In this document: positions 16,913 through 28,111 of the stretch, piece after piece
Layout of the letters: every line of letters begins with the position of its first letter
Position numbering within the stretch: position 1 is the first letter of the stretch
Origin: an uncultured Bacilli bacterium
Lineage (GTDB): Bacteria; Bacillota_I; Bacilli_A; RF39; UBA660
Length of the DNA: 64,000 nucleotides
Direction of reading: 5' to 3'
Assembly: GCA_934162285.1 (NCBI GenBank)
Contig: CAKPHY010000004.1
Coordinates: 542-64,541 of the forward strand
Made by a program: the position numbers and the translations under genes
The notes under the pieces: model-generated
Databases searched by the model: none
Told to the model about the DNA's origin: nothing
What the model saw: only the letters and a program-made list of their open reading frames with translations

Positions 16913-18172
16913 ATGAAGAAAAGATTAGTAGCCATATTAGTACTTTTATTACTAATTATATTGTTTTCATCACTATATTTTATTATAACCAATAAACAAG
17001 AAAAAAATATTGAAGTTAAACCCGATCCTAATCATCATCAAAAGGTAGAAATCAAAGAGCCAGAAGAACCAGTAGAAACATTAAATATAACTTCTAATAT
17101 AAATATAAATGAGAATAAAGATTTAGAAGCATTTTTTAAAACTTTTTTTGATAGTTACTATAAAAGTTTAGCTGATTTAGAATTAACAGATACAACTTAT
17201 ATGTTTAGTAACTTAGAAAATGCTAAAGTCTATAAAACGGCTTTAGAGTTATTAATAACTACTCGAAAAGAAAAAGATCACGATTTAAAAATCAACGATA
17301 TTATTTATACTTTAACTGTAGATAAATATAAAGAAGAAAATAATAAAATTACAATTGTTTTATATGAAAATTGCCAATATAAATTTAATTTTATTAAAGA
17401 TGTTGAAAGTAAAATATATAATATTAAAAATACCTTTACTTTAATAAAAGATGAAAATAGTTATAAAATTGACTATTATAATAAAGTACAAGATTTTTAT
17501 GTTATGATTACTGATTATTACAAAATAGGTAGTCAAGGTAATTATGAAGAAAAAATCGATCAAATAAAAGAAAATTATCTTGAAGTTTTTAAAACAGAAA
17601 ATGCTAAAATTCTTGATATGCAAACAAACTATTTAAATAACAACTATACAAAATTAACTTGTGATCACGCATACGATCGTGAAAGTGCTTATAATTATGC
17701 TACCAATTGGGTTGGGAAAAGAAATCCACGTTGGGCTCGTTTTGGCGCTAATTGTGTAAACTATGTATCTCAAGTAATGTATAATGGTGGCATTCCTATG
17801 GATTATTACGGAGATTATCAATGGAAATTTTATGATTCTCATAAAAATGATAATAATACAGCTAGTGGTTTTACTTATTCATGGACATGGGTTCCCGCTC
17901 TTACCAATTACTTTAAATATAATAAAGGCTATGGCTTGTGTGGAAAATATAACGAAAACCTTTATTTAGGTGAAAAAGGCGATGTTGTCGTTGTTGGGAC
18001 TAAAGGTGCAGATCGCCACGTTATAACTGTTATCGATCAAGTAAAAGAAGACGGAAAAGTTATTGATTTACTTGTTAATTCTAATACTGTTGATTTAGAA
18101 AATTTTCCATTGTCGGCTTATGCTTACCCATATAAAGTCTTACTAAAAGTTTATGGCTGGAATGAAAAATAG
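16913..18172 (+). CDS. membrane-anchored protein with putative amidase domain (Amidase_6-like)
   Basis: N-terminal TM helix. C-terminal YDRESAYNYATNWVGKRNPRWARFGANCVNYVSQVMYNGGIPM matches the pattern of the putative-amidase domain (Y..A..YA..........DCTNFVSQ....GG). Confidence 0.65.
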   Translation: MKKRLVAILVLLLLIILFSSLYFIITNKQEKNIEVKPDPNHHQKVEIKEPEEPVETLNITSNININENKDLEAFFKTFFDSYYKSLADLELTDTTYMFSNLENAKVYKTALELLITTRKEKDHDLKINDIIYTLTVDKYKEENNKITIVLYENCQYKFNFIKDVESKIYNIKNTFTLIKDENSYKIDYYNKVQDFYVMITDYYKIGSQGNYEEKIDQIKENYLEVFKTENAKILDMQTNYLNNNYTKLTCDHAYDRESAYNYATNWVGKRNPRWARFGANCVNYVSQVMYNGGIPMDYYGDYQWKFYDSHKNDNNTASGFTYSWTWVPALTNYFKYNKGYGLCGKYNENLYLGEKGDVVVVGTKGADRHVITVIDQVKEDGKVIDLLVNSNTVDLENFPLSAYAYPYKVLLKVYGWNEK

Positions 18173-18188
18173 AATTTAAAAAATATGT

Positions 18189-18428
18189 TTGACAACAATT
18201 TAAAAATGATATATAATCTAGTCAAACGAAGAACAAGAGGAGTAAATTAGTTAGTAGTTATTAGGAATGAGAGGTCAGCGACTGAAAGCCTTTCTTAACG
18301 AAAAGTAATTGAAGGTTGCTTGGGAGTGCGAAAGCCGTATAAATGCGTTAAATTTTTAAGGTAGTTTATAAACTACAAATTAAGGTGGTACCACGAAGAT
18401 TCGTCCTTAGCGATGAATCTTTTTTTGT
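18189..18428 (+). promoter_or_regulatory. promoter plus T-box leader (valine) with terminator/antiterminator
   Basis: TTGACA(18189-94)-17 nt-TATAAT(18212-17). T-box sequence AAATTAAGGTGGTACCACG at about 18378-18396. Terminator AAGATTCGTC-cttagc-GATGAATCTT plus T run (18396-18427). Possible GUC specifier in GAGAGGTCAGCG. Confidence 0.8.
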
Positions 18429-18444
18429 TGAAAGGAGAAAAAAT

Positions 18445-20994
18445 ATGTTAGAAATGGAAACAAAATATGATCATTCTAAAGTTGAAGAATCAAAATATGC
18501 AACATGGAAGAAAAACGAATATTTTAAAGCAGGAGATAAAAGAAAAAAGCCTTTTTGTATCGTAATTCCACCACCAAATGTTACAGGAAAGCTTCATTTA
18601 GGTCATGCTTATAATACTGCAATTCAAGATGCTATTATTCGCTTTAAAAGAATGCAAGGCTATGATGCTTTATGGTTACCCGGTATGGATCATGCTGCCA
18701 TTGCAACAGAAGCTAAAGTAGTAAAAAAATTAAAAAGTGAAGGCATAAACAAATATGAATATGGTCGTGATAACTTTTTAAAATCTTGTTGGGATTGGAC
18801 TCATGAATATTCTGAAAATATCCGTAATCAATGGGCTAAACTAGGTTTATCAGTAGATTATTCTAGAGAAAGATTTACTTTAGACGAAGGTTTAAATAAA
18901 GCTGTAACTAGAGTATTTATTGATTATTACAATAAAGGTTTAATCTATCGTGGTGAAAAAATCATTAACTGGGACCCAGAAGCTGAAACGGCTCTTTCTA
19001 ATGAAGAAGTAATATATAAAGATGTTGAAGGCGCATTTTATCATTTAAAATATTATTTAGAAGATAAAAGTATGTATTTAGATGTTGCAACAACTCGTCC
19101 TGAAACCTTATTTGGTGATACAGCCGTAGCAGTAAATCCTGAGGATGAACGTTACAAACATTTAATTGGTAAAAAAGTAATTTTGCCAATCGTTAACAAA
19201 CTAATTCCTATTATTGCCGACGAACATGCTGATCCTGAATTTGGAACAGGTGTAGTTAAAATAACTCCAGCGCATGATCCTAATGACTTTGAAGTAGGAA
19301 ATCGCCACAATTTAGAAAGAATTGTAGTAATGAATAAAGACGCTACTATGAATGAAAATGCCGTTGGTTATACTGGATTAACAAGAGAAGAATGCCGTCA
19401 AAAATTACTTGAAGATTTAAAAGAAAAAGATCTTTTAATTCGCATTGAAAAAATAACCCATTCAGTTGGTCACTCTGAAAGAACTGGTGTTATGGTTGAA
19501 CCATATCTTTCAAAACAATGGTTTGTTAAAATGGGAACTTTAGCTAGTCAAGTACTAGAAAATCAAAAAAATAAAGATTCTAAAATAAACTTTGTTCCAG
19601 AAAGATTTGAAAAAATTTTAAACCATTGGATGGAAATAAGTTACGATTGGTGTATATCAAGACAACTTTGGTGGGGTCATCGTATACCAGCATGGTATAA
19701 AGATGATCAAGTATTTGTAGGTGAAAAAGCTCCAGATTCTGACTGGGTTCAAGATAATGATGTACTTGATACTTGGTTTTCTAGTGCATTATGGCCATTT
19801 AGTACTTTAGGTTGGCCAGAAGATAGTGATGACTTTAAACGCTATTTCCCTAATGATTGCTTAGTAACAGCTTATGATATTATCTTCTTCTGGGTAGCAA
19901 GAATGGCTTTCCAAACAGAAAATATCACAGGACAAAGACCATTTAAAGATTGTATAATTCATGGCCTTATTCGTGATAAAGAAGGCCGAAAAATGAGTAA
20001 ATCTCTTGGTAATGGTATTGATCCTATGGATCTAATTGATGAATATGGTGCAGACTCATTAAGATACTATTTAGTAACTGATGTTGCTTTGGGAACTGAT
20101 TTAAGATTTGATACTGATAAAGTAAAAAGTACTTGGAATTTTATCAATAAACTTTGGAATGCTTCAAGATTTGTTTTAATGAATATTGAAGATTTAAAAG
20201 AATTAACTTTTGAAAATTTACGTGAAGAAGATAAATGGATTTTAACCAAATATGAAATGAATGTTAAAAATACTATAAATCACATGGAAAAATACGAATT
20301 CAATTTAGTTGGAGCTGAAAACTATGAATTCATATGGGAAGATTTCTGCAATAATTATATTGAATTTGCTAAGTTTAATTTAGAAAGCCAAACAACAAAA
20401 AGTGTTTTAACTTACATTTTAACTGGAATTCTAAAAATATTACACCCATTCATGCCTTTTGTAACTGAAGAAATATATCAAATGTTACCATTCAAAGATC
20501 AAGAATCAATTATGATCAGTGAATATCCAAAATATAATGAAAAATTAGATTTCCAATCACTAGAATTTGAAAAAGTAATCAATTATATAACTTATTTTAG
20601 AAATAAAAAAGCTGAAAATAACATCACGAGTGAATTTGAAGTAGTTACTAATATTGATAATGAATTAATATTAAAAATGCTAAAATTAAATGATAAAATA
20701 GTAAAAGAAAGCAATTTAAAAGGATCTTTAAACGTTTCTTTAGATAAATATGAATTAATAATTTATTATGATAATTCTAGACAACAAACTGAAGAATTAG
20801 AAAATTTAATCAAAGAAAAAGAAACATTATTAAAATCAATTCAAAGAAGAGAAAATCTTTTATCTAATCAAAATTATGTAAGTAAAGCTCCAGAAAAAAT
20901 AGTTGCTTCTGAACGTGAAAATTTAGAAAATGAAAAAAATAAATTAGAAATAACTTTAAAAAGATTAGAAGAATTAAGTAGAGCATCCGCATAA
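18445..20994 (+). CDS. valS: valine--tRNA ligase
   Basis: HIGH (HLGHAYN) and KMSKS (RKMSKSLGN) motifs, class I editing-type length, C-terminal coiled coil. Start set at the ATG after RBS AAAGGAG; the track ORF extends upstream through the T-box leader. Confidence 0.93.
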   Translation: MLEMETKYDHSKVEESKYATWKKNEYFKAGDKRKKPFCIVIPPPNVTGKLHLGHAYNTAIQDAIIRFKRMQGYDALWLPGMDHAAIATEAKVVKKLKSEGINKYEYGRDNFLKSCWDWTHEYSENIRNQWAKLGLSVDYSRERFTLDEGLNKAVTRVFIDYYNKGLIYRGEKIINWDPEAETALSNEEVIYKDVEGAFYHLKYYLEDKSMYLDVATTRPETLFGDTAVAVNPEDERYKHLIGKKVILPIVNKLIPIIADEHADPEFGTGVVKITPAHDPNDFEVGNRHNLERIVVMNKDATMNENAVGYTGLTREECRQKLLEDLKEKDLLIRIEKITHSVGHSERTGVMVEPYLSKQWFVKMGTLASQVLENQKNKDSKINFVPERFEKILNHWMEISYDWCISRQLWWGHRIPAWYKDDQVFVGEKAPDSDWVQDNDVLDTWFSSALWPFSTLGWPEDSDDFKRYFPNDCLVTAYDIIFFWVARMAFQTENITGQRPFKDCIIHGLIRDKEGRKMSKSLGNGIDPMDLIDEYGADSLRYYLVTDVALGTDLRFDTDKVKSTWNFINKLWNASRFVLMNIEDLKELTFENLREEDKWILTKYEMNVKNTINHMEKYEFNLVGAENYEFIWEDFCNNYIEFAKFNLESQTTKSVLTYILTGILKILHPFMPFVTEEIYQMLPFKDQESIMISEYPKYNEKLDFQSLEFEKVINYITYFRNKKAENNITSEFEVVTNIDNELILKMLKLNDKIVKESNLKGSLNVSLDKYELIIYYDNSRQQTEELENLIKEKETLLKSIQRRENLLSNQNYVSKAPEKIVASERENLENEKNKLEITLKRLEELSRASA

Positions 20995-21073
20995 AAATAT
21001 GAAGATTAATATTCGTTGGGAATAACATCAAATATTAGTCTTTTTATATTATCCAAATTATGATTATATAATG

Positions 21074-21751
21074 TTAGTTTTTCTTAGTGATTCTGTTTTG
21101 TTTTCTGATATTATCATTTAAGATATAATCAAAATAATCTTTTATATCTAAATAAAAATTCTTTTTGTTTTCTTTAACCGCAAAACAATAATGACTATTT
21201 TTTTCAATAATCTTTTTGGCAATATCTTTTTGACAACCCATTGCATCGATAGTAATAACACAATTTTCTATATTGATTAAATCTAATAAATCGGGTGTTT
21301 CAGTAATTTCATTAGATTTATCATCAACCTTTACTTGACCTATAGATATACATAAATATGATAGAAAAGCTGAAACAATATAAGGAATATTACCACCATT
21401 AATTTTATCAGTAGCACTTTTAATAGCTTTTCCGTCGATAGGCACAATTTTATATTTATTTTTTAATTGATTATTCTTTTCTTCAACGATTGATTTTACC
21501 CAAGAAACAAAAATGTTCATAAATTCTTTAGGGTAAATTAATAAGTAAATTTTTAATAATGTAGGAGGAGTACCATTTTCTAAATTCAATTCATTTACAA
21601 AGCAATCTTCATTAAGATTTAAAAAATATACTATATTTTTTGCATCGTAATATCCAGCAAGAATACCATAAATAGACATTACAATACAATCCGTTAATTC
21701 GTGCTTTAGACCTCTTATATCTCTAGTATCAGTTAATTTATAAAAAAACAT
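21074..21751 (-). mobile_element. 3'-truncated ISAs1-family (H-repeat-associated) transposase gene
   Basis: The N-terminal D.R.......H.L.D....S......G pattern (TDTRDIRGLKHELTDCIVMSIYGILAGY) and central IDAMGCQKDIAKKI match ISAs1-type DDE transposases. At 225 aa the last third of the protein is missing. Confidence 0.7.
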
Positions 21752-21928
21752 AATAAGATTATTATGTTATCACTTCCTATTATAATTTTAACTTATTTTT
21801 TAAAATATTAATATTATTATTGACATTTTTTATGCGAACACCCTAACTAAAAGTTTAAATCTAAAAGTTAAGTATATATAACTGACTAAAAGTATGTTAT
21901 AATTGTAACTGAGAGAGGTGATCGAGAG

Positions 21929-22477
21929 ATGTGGCTATATATACTTATAGCAATTATTGTTATTGTTCTAATTGCATTCTTTGTTGCTTATAACAATTTT
22001 GTAAGAGAAAATAACAAAGTCAAAGAAGCATTTGCGACAATGGATGTTTATTTGAAAAAAAGATGGGATTTAATTCCAAATATTGTTGAAACAGTAAAGG
22101 GATATGCAAAACATGAGAAAGATACTTTAACAGAAGTTATCAAAATGAGGAATTCTGCTTATGACAAGATGAGTGATGACGAAAAGATTGAAGCAAACGA
22201 AAAATTGTCTAGTGGCATTAGCAAGATAATGGCACTTGCAGAAGCATATCCAGATCTAAAAGCAAATGAAAACTTCAAAGATTTAAGTAAAGAATTTACT
22301 AAAATTGAAGACGAAATTGCTAGTTCAAGAAAATACTATAATGCAACAGTTAGAGATTTTAATAATAAAGTTGAGATGTTTCCAAGCAATATAGTAGCTA
22401 AATTATTAGGTTATAAATCAAAAAGTATGTTTGAAGCAAACGAAGAAGAAAGACAAAATGTCAAAGTAAATTTATAA
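21929..22477 (+). CDS. lemA: LemA family protein
   Basis: N-terminal TM helix, then YNNFV...N.V.EA....DV.LK.R.DLIPN.V..VKGYA.HE..T, the classic LemA pattern. Confidence 0.85.
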   Translation: MWLYILIAIIVIVLIAFFVAYNNFVRENNKVKEAFATMDVYLKKRWDLIPNIVETVKGYAKHEKDTLTEVIKMRNSAYDKMSDDEKIEANEKLSSGISKIMALAEAYPDLKANENFKDLSKEFTKIEDEIASSRKYYNATVRDFNNKVEMFPSNIVAKLLGYKSKSMFEANEEERQNVKVNL

Positions 22478-22478
22478 T

Positions 22479-24083
22479 ATGAGAAAAAGGAATAATACTT
22501 TAAGAACAATAATTTTACTATTTGTATGGACATTGCTATTAGTTATCATTCCTTTTTTTGTTTCAAAGGTTGAAAACAATAGATTTAAAAATAATGGCTC
22601 ATACCTATCTTCTGAATTTGAGATTGTAAATTATGATGTTGTTATGGATGTTGATAGAAATAATCGTGTTGATGTAACCGAGAATATTGTTGTCAATATT
22701 CCTGGTAATAATTTTAATGGAATATATAAATCAGTTCCTAAATGGTTAAAATATTATGATTCAGATGGTAAAGATATCAAGAAAAAAATAGTAATAACAA
22801 ACTTACGAGCATCTGGCGAAAAGTTTGTTATTAATGAAACAAGTGATAGTATCGGAATTAAGATTGGTAGTGCTAGAACAACTATTAATTCTGGACTACA
22901 TACATATCAAATTATGTATCGATACAATATGGGAAAGGATACAAATAAAGACTTTGATGAATTAGTATTTAATGTATTTGACAATTATGATAATACTAAA
23001 ATAGATAATATGTCAATTACAATAAATATGCCTAATAATATTGATGATAATACTGTTAATTTCTTTAAAGATAAAGAAAAAATCAATAGCAATATAGATT
23101 ATAGTATAAACGGAAACACTTTAGTTGCTAGATTATCAAGTTATCAACTTGATGATTCAGTAACATTAAATATGAAATTACCTGATGGCTACTTTGTTGG
23201 TGGTGTTAGCAATTATGGAATTATATGTTTCATTATTTGCATAGCACTTGTAGTCTTATCAATTTACAGTTTTTGCTCTTGGTCTAAATATGGTAAAGAT
23301 TTTAATAAATATTCACAAACTGTCGAATTCTATCCTCCTGAAGATTTGGATGCAGCACAAGTGGGATTTATTTATGGTGAAAAATCTATTACAAAACTTA
23401 CTACTGCCCTAATTATTGGTTTAGCAAGTAAGGGTTATATTTCAATAGAAGAAATTGGCAAAAACAAATATAAAATTGTTAAAACCGGAAACAATAATTC
23501 TAAAAAAATGTCTATTACAGAACAAATCGTATATCAAGATTTGTTTAAGAATGGAAACAATGAAAATGTAATTAGTGAAGATCCTTCATTTGCAGGTGTA
23601 TTTGCAAAGGTAAATACTTGCCTAGAAAATGTTATGGATAAAAAAATAAACGATAAAGAATCAAGAAATAAAATGTATTTAACTTTTACATTATTATTTA
23701 TTGGTATAGTTGCATGGATTGGTTCTTATCTTTATATTAGAGATTTAAATCCTGCATATAACATTGTATATACACTATCCTTTGCTGCAATATTTATTTC
23801 TGGTTTCTTTGCAATAATTACAAATAGAAAAACATCTTATGGCGAGATGATTAGTTCAAAAGTTCTAGGATTTAGAAATTATCTAAATACTGCTGAAAAA
23901 AATCAATTAGAAAAATTAGTAGAAGATGATCCAAACTATTTTTATAATATATTACCTTATACTTATGTATTAAATATATCTAAAAAATGGATTGATACTT
24001 TTGGTAAAAAGAATATGCCTAATATTGACCTTTCAGCACTAGAATACTATGAGAATAATCTTTTCATGATTATGCCTGAATAG
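22479..24083 (+). CDS. DUF2207-type membrane protein (usual LemA partner)
   Basis: Signal/TM, large ectodomain, then multi-TM C-terminal half. Begins 2 nt after lemA, as in the common lemA-DUF2207 pair. Confidence 0.65.
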   Translation: MRKRNNTLRTIILLFVWTLLLVIIPFFVSKVENNRFKNNGSYLSSEFEIVNYDVVMDVDRNNRVDVTENIVVNIPGNNFNGIYKSVPKWLKYYDSDGKDIKKKIVITNLRASGEKFVINETSDSIGIKIGSARTTINSGLHTYQIMYRYNMGKDTNKDFDELVFNVFDNYDNTKIDNMSITINMPNNIDDNTVNFFKDKEKINSNIDYSINGNTLVARLSSYQLDDSVTLNMKLPDGYFVGGVSNYGIICFIICIALVVLSIYSFCSWSKYGKDFNKYSQTVEFYPPEDLDAAQVGFIYGEKSITKLTTALIIGLASKGYISIEEIGKNKYKIVKTGNNNSKKMSITEQIVYQDLFKNGNNENVISEDPSFAGVFAKVNTCLENVMDKKINDKESRNKMYLTFTLLFIGIVAWIGSYLYIRDLNPAYNIVYTLSFAAIFISGFFAIITNRKTSYGEMISSKVLGFRNYLNTAEKNQLEKLVEDDPNYFYNILPYTYVLNISKKWIDTFGKKNMPNIDLSALEYYENNLFMIMPE

Positions 24084-24115
24084 ATTATAAAATAAGAATA
24101 AAGGAGATGTGTGCT

Positions 24116-25962
24116 ATGAAAAGATTAAAAAGAAATTTAATTTATATGTTGATAATGATGCCTAGTATGGTATTTGCTAGTAATGGCGAAAGTTCTTTTC
24201 CATTAGGAATAGCATTATGTATGGAAGCATTTTTATCAATTCATATGTCGGTATTGGTTCTTATTCCATTATCTAAAATGATTTCTCAAGAAAATAATAA
24301 ACAAGTATTTTGGATATTGTTTGGAATAAGAGCTGCTATCTTACTGTTCTGTGATTTCTTTGTAACTCCTGGAATTGCAATAGTAGATTTCATATTAGTA
24401 GTATTCATTGGTGCAGCATTTAAGGCAGCAACTAAGGCATCAGTTAATAATTTATATAGAAAAGGGAAGCAAACATTTACAAATAATAATATAGGTGCAA
24501 ATATAAACTCTAATCCTACTGTTACTAAAAATGTTGAATTAAAGTGTGTTAAATGTGGAGCAACATAAAGATAACTGATAAGTTCTGTACTGCTTGTGGA
24601 ACACCATTTGATGGAAATAATGTTCAAGTTGTTCAACAACAAGTAGTTCAAGACACAAGCCCTGTTGTTAATTTTGATACTACATATTACGGAACTGAAA
24701 AAACAATATTAAGAAATACGTTAAAAGAAGAAATACAAAGTCAAGGAGAAAATGTTTCACTATTATCAACAAGAAGTTTAAATACCAAAAGAAATATATT
24801 ATTAGTTATATTTGGAATAATTACACTTCTTTGCACTTTGTTATATTTTTTAATTTACCCGTTAATTTTATGTGGATTTATTGAGTTTGTTGCTTTTATG
24901 ATTTATTTAATTATTTCAAAAAGGCTTAACATATTAAATGTATTAACTAAAAAAGCAATAAAAAGTCCAAATGAAGATTTGTCTAAAATAGTAAATGATA
25001 TTAGAAATGAGAAACAAGATACCTTCTTGCCACAAATTATTAAGGTAATGATTGTTATATTTGCTGCAATATTTATACCAAGTGTTATGTTCTTCCAACC
25101 AAAACTTTTATTCACTAGATATGGCGATGGATATCAAGTATTTAGATATACAAGAGGAATAGTTCAAGAAAGCACTGAAATAAATATACCAAGCACATAT
25201 AAGAATAAACCTGTTCTAGCGATTGGTGAAAGTGCATTTGCAAATACTAATGTTACAAAAGTTAGTATACCTTATGGTGTTGAAAGTATAAAAACGAAAG
25301 CATTTTATAATGCAAGTAATATTACAACAATAGAAATACCTTCTACTGTGTATGAAATACGAGGCGATGCTTTTGCCTATATGACTAATTTAACTCATAT
25401 TTCTTTACCTGAAGGATTAAAAGAAATAAGAGGTGGAGCATTTGCTTATGACTATAACTTAACAAATGTTAAATTACCAAATTCACTTGAATATCTTGGA
25501 GGTAGTGCATTTTCACATTGTAGTTCAATTACTGAAATGACTATTCCAAGTAAAGTAACTGAAATAAATGGTGCTACTTTTGAATATATGACATCATTAA
25601 GAACAATTAACTTGCATGAAGGAATTACATATATTCACGGCGAAGTATTTATGGGTGATACAAGTTTAAATAATGTAAAACTACCATCAAAAATAACTGA
25701 AATTAAGGGTAGCACATTTGAAAATTGTAGTTCATTAACTTCAATAGAGATACCAGAGGGAGTAACAAGAATTGGGGGACATGCTTTCTATGGTTGTTCA
25801 AGTTTAAGTTATGTATATGTCCCTAGAACGGTTGTTGAAATAGGGAGTTCTGCATTTAGAAAATGTTATTCTTTAAGAAGCATAACAATACCAAGAAATG
25901 CAGTAGTAAATGAGAGAGCATTTAAAGAGAGTCCTACTTCAATAAGCTATTATAACTACTAG
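24116..25962 (+). pseudogene. frameshifted gene: polytopic membrane region, double zinc ribbon, TM segments and BspA-type leucine-rich repeats (track ORFs 24107..24568 and 24553..25962)
   Basis: ORF1 ends ..LKCVKCGAT* and ORF2, in another frame, continues NIKITDKFCTACGTPF. One CxxC...CxxC zinc ribbon is therefore split between the two frames. The C-terminal half has 8 or more LRR_5/BspA-like repeats (IP..V..I...AF..C..L..I.). Confidence 0.6.
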
Positions 25963-25971
25963 GAGTATGTA

Positions 25972-27735
25972 ATGAATAATGAATATAAGTTTATACACTT
26001 ACTTTATGTCCCAACAATGAATTGCAATATGCAATGTAAATATTGTTATTTAAAAGAAAATACAATAGATTTAAAACATGATGATAAATACTTAAAAACT
26101 TTGGAATATGCAGTAAAAAAATTTAGAGATGCAGGAGTTGTTCCTTTCAACATTTCACTTCATGGTGGCGAAGTAACAACTCTTTCCAAAGAAGATTTTA
26201 GAGATATAATTGAGTTCATTTCTAATTACTACAAAAATAATAAAAAAATAATTGAAGATAATGGTTTTAGACTTGGAGAGCCACATATCAAAACAAACCT
26301 CTTAAATCTTGAAAAGCATATTGATGCAATTAGAGATTTTAATGTATCTATTAGTGGAAGTTTAGATTTACCATTTTCATTACATGAGGAATATAGAGTA
26401 ACAAAAGGAAATCAAAAAACATTAGATAAAATACTTAATAATATTAAATTATTAGAAAATATACCTAATAAAAAGAAAGTGTCAGCTACTATTTTTAAAG
26501 AACACTATGATAAACTTGATGAAATAGTAAAAGATATTAAATATTTAGAAAAAAATACTTGTCTTGATATGAACGATTTTAACTTTATGATTGGTTTTGT
26601 ATCAAAAGACGATAAAGTATTACATGCAATGAGTGAAGAAGAACAAGTTAATTTATATAATAGAATGAAAAAAGAGTTCTTAAATACTTCACTAGATTAT
26701 GGAGTAAGAAATACTTGGTTTGCAGAGTTTAATCCTACTTATTGCACTAATTGTGATAATTGTGGGGAAAAGTTTTTTCTACTTGAAAGAGATGGCGATA
26801 TATATTCTTGTGTAAGAGGTCAAAAAAATCCTGATTTCTATTATGGTAACATTTACAGAGATACAGTAGAAAATATTATGAATAATGCTAGGATAAAAAT
26901 ATTTGAAAATCATAATAGAGTTGGATTTAATGAGGAATGTCTTAATTGTAAATATTTATATTTATGCAAAACAGGTTGTCCTTATGTAAAAAATAATTAC
27001 AAAACAAATAAATCATATACTTGCAAATTACAGCAAGAAATATATAAGGATAATGCAGAATTATATAAAGAAGATGCTTATAACGAAGAATCAATATATA
27101 TGTATTTGAGTAAAATGCATCCAAGTATTGCTTCAAAATACTATCCTCCTGAAAAGCAAATGACAACAGATGGTATTCCTAAATTAAATGAGATAATATC
27201 AAATGACGAAAAACTTAAAAATATTTATAGTTCTGATATTTTCATATTAAAAGTTGATGATGAAGAATATAAGCTGCAATCACAAATATTAAAAAATAAT
27301 AGAGATATTATATACTTGACTGAAAAAAGTAATATAAAATTGTATATTAAAAAAGGTGTATTAGAGGATTGCGATTATCCTGCAAATAATTCATTATATA
27401 TGATGTTATTAAGTGGTAATTTAGTTCAATATGGTGATGAAAACAGGATTAAACAAGAACATATAATGACACATCAAATATATACTAATACTATTTTAAA
27501 GAAAAAATCTGATAAGAAAAATTATTATTGTATTGATATTACCAATATATTATCGTTGTATTATAATGATATTTCTAGTGATAATCCAAATAACTTGTTT
27601 TTTACAACATCGGAATTAAGAGATTATCATTATTTAAAACAAAAAAATAATGCTTATTACCATATACAAGCAATAAATCTACCATTTCAAAATATAGAAT
27701 TTTTCTATATAGACTGTAAGGAGGATATAAAATGA
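25972..27735 (+). CDS. radical SAM enzyme with SPASM domain and an unassigned C-terminal extension of about 220 aa
   Basis: CX3CX2C (NCNMQCKYC), GGE motif (HGGEVT). SPASM signatures: G-x4-C (GDIYSC) and C-x2-C-x5-C-x3-C (CLNCKYLYLCKTGC). Starts 9 nt after the preceding gene. Confidence 0.85.
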   Translation: MNNEYKFIHLLYVPTMNCNMQCKYCYLKENTIDLKHDDKYLKTLEYAVKKFRDAGVVPFNISLHGGEVTTLSKEDFRDIIEFISNYYKNNKKIIEDNGFRLGEPHIKTNLLNLEKHIDAIRDFNVSISGSLDLPFSLHEEYRVTKGNQKTLDKILNNIKLLENIPNKKKVSATIFKEHYDKLDEIVKDIKYLEKNTCLDMNDFNFMIGFVSKDDKVLHAMSEEEQVNLYNRMKKEFLNTSLDYGVRNTWFAEFNPTYCTNCDNCGEKFFLLERDGDIYSCVRGQKNPDFYYGNIYRDTVENIMNNARIKIFENHNRVGFNEECLNCKYLYLCKTGCPYVKNNYKTNKSYTCKLQQEIYKDNAELYKEDAYNEESIYMYLSKMHPSIASKYYPPEKQMTTDGIPKLNEIISNDEKLKNIYSSDIFILKVDDEEYKLQSQILKNNRDIIYLTEKSNIKLYIKKGVLEDCDYPANNSLYMMLLSGNLVQYGDENRIKQEHIMTHQIYTNTILKKKSDKKNYYCIDITNILSLYYNDISSDNPNNLFFTTSELRDYHYLKQKNNAYYHIQAINLPFQNIEFFYIDCKEDIK

Positions 27736-28094
27736 TTGATAAAAAACCGAAAACATATAATGAAATTGTTAGAATGAAAAAATGTTATACATTAACACAA
27801 TACTTTTCTAATATAACTGAAAATATGTTTAATGAGATTTATAATTTTTTAGGGGAAAATCCTGATAATACTATTGTAGCAAACCAAAGAGTATTATCAT
27901 TTGTTAATAGTGCTACACAAGTCGTTAAGTCTTTACCATTAGTGCCTAAAAATTCATCTTTTGATAGTATAAAGATTGGTAAAAGTGGTGTTTCAGTAGT
28001 TCCTCATTATAGTCCAAGTTCTAGTTCTGATCGGGGGGGATCTTCTAGCAACAATAATAACAATAATAATAACAATAACAATAATAATAGATAG
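27732..28094 (+). CDS. 120-aa protein ending ..SSSSDRGG-SSS-N13-R (possible rSAM partner or substrate)
   Basis: The ATG overlaps the rSAM stop (ATGA). No TM segment and no Cys after residue 18. The tail is encoded by imperfect AAY repeats. Confidence 0.5.
   Translation: MIDKKPKTYNEIVRMKKCYTLTQYFSNITENMFNEIYNFLGENPDNTIVANQRVLSFVNSATQVVKSLPLVPKNSSFDSIKIGKSGVSVVPHYSPSSSSDRGGSSSNNNNNNNNNNNNNR
28033..28039 (+). repeat. G7 homopolymer inside the coding sequence
   Basis: gatcGGGGGGGatc encodes R-G-G. It is the longest G/C homopolymer I noticed in this AT-rich window. Confidence 0.9.
28050..28088 (+). repeat. 13 consecutive AAY (Asn) codons
   Basis: AAC AAT AAT AAC AAT AAT AAT AAC AAT AAC AAT AAT AAT, read directly. 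Confidence 0.95.
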
Positions 28095-28111
28095 AATTGA
28101 GAGGAAAATAT

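Noticed and set aside
21011-21030. Shared motif CGTTGGGA(A/T)AA downstream of valS (21013) and of rlmD (about 50034), each at the edge of an accessory patch. This was considered as a possible att or IS-end sequence.
   Set aside because: There are only about 10 matching bases in two copies, with no flanking inverted or direct repeat structure that I could verify by eye. This is compatible with chance.
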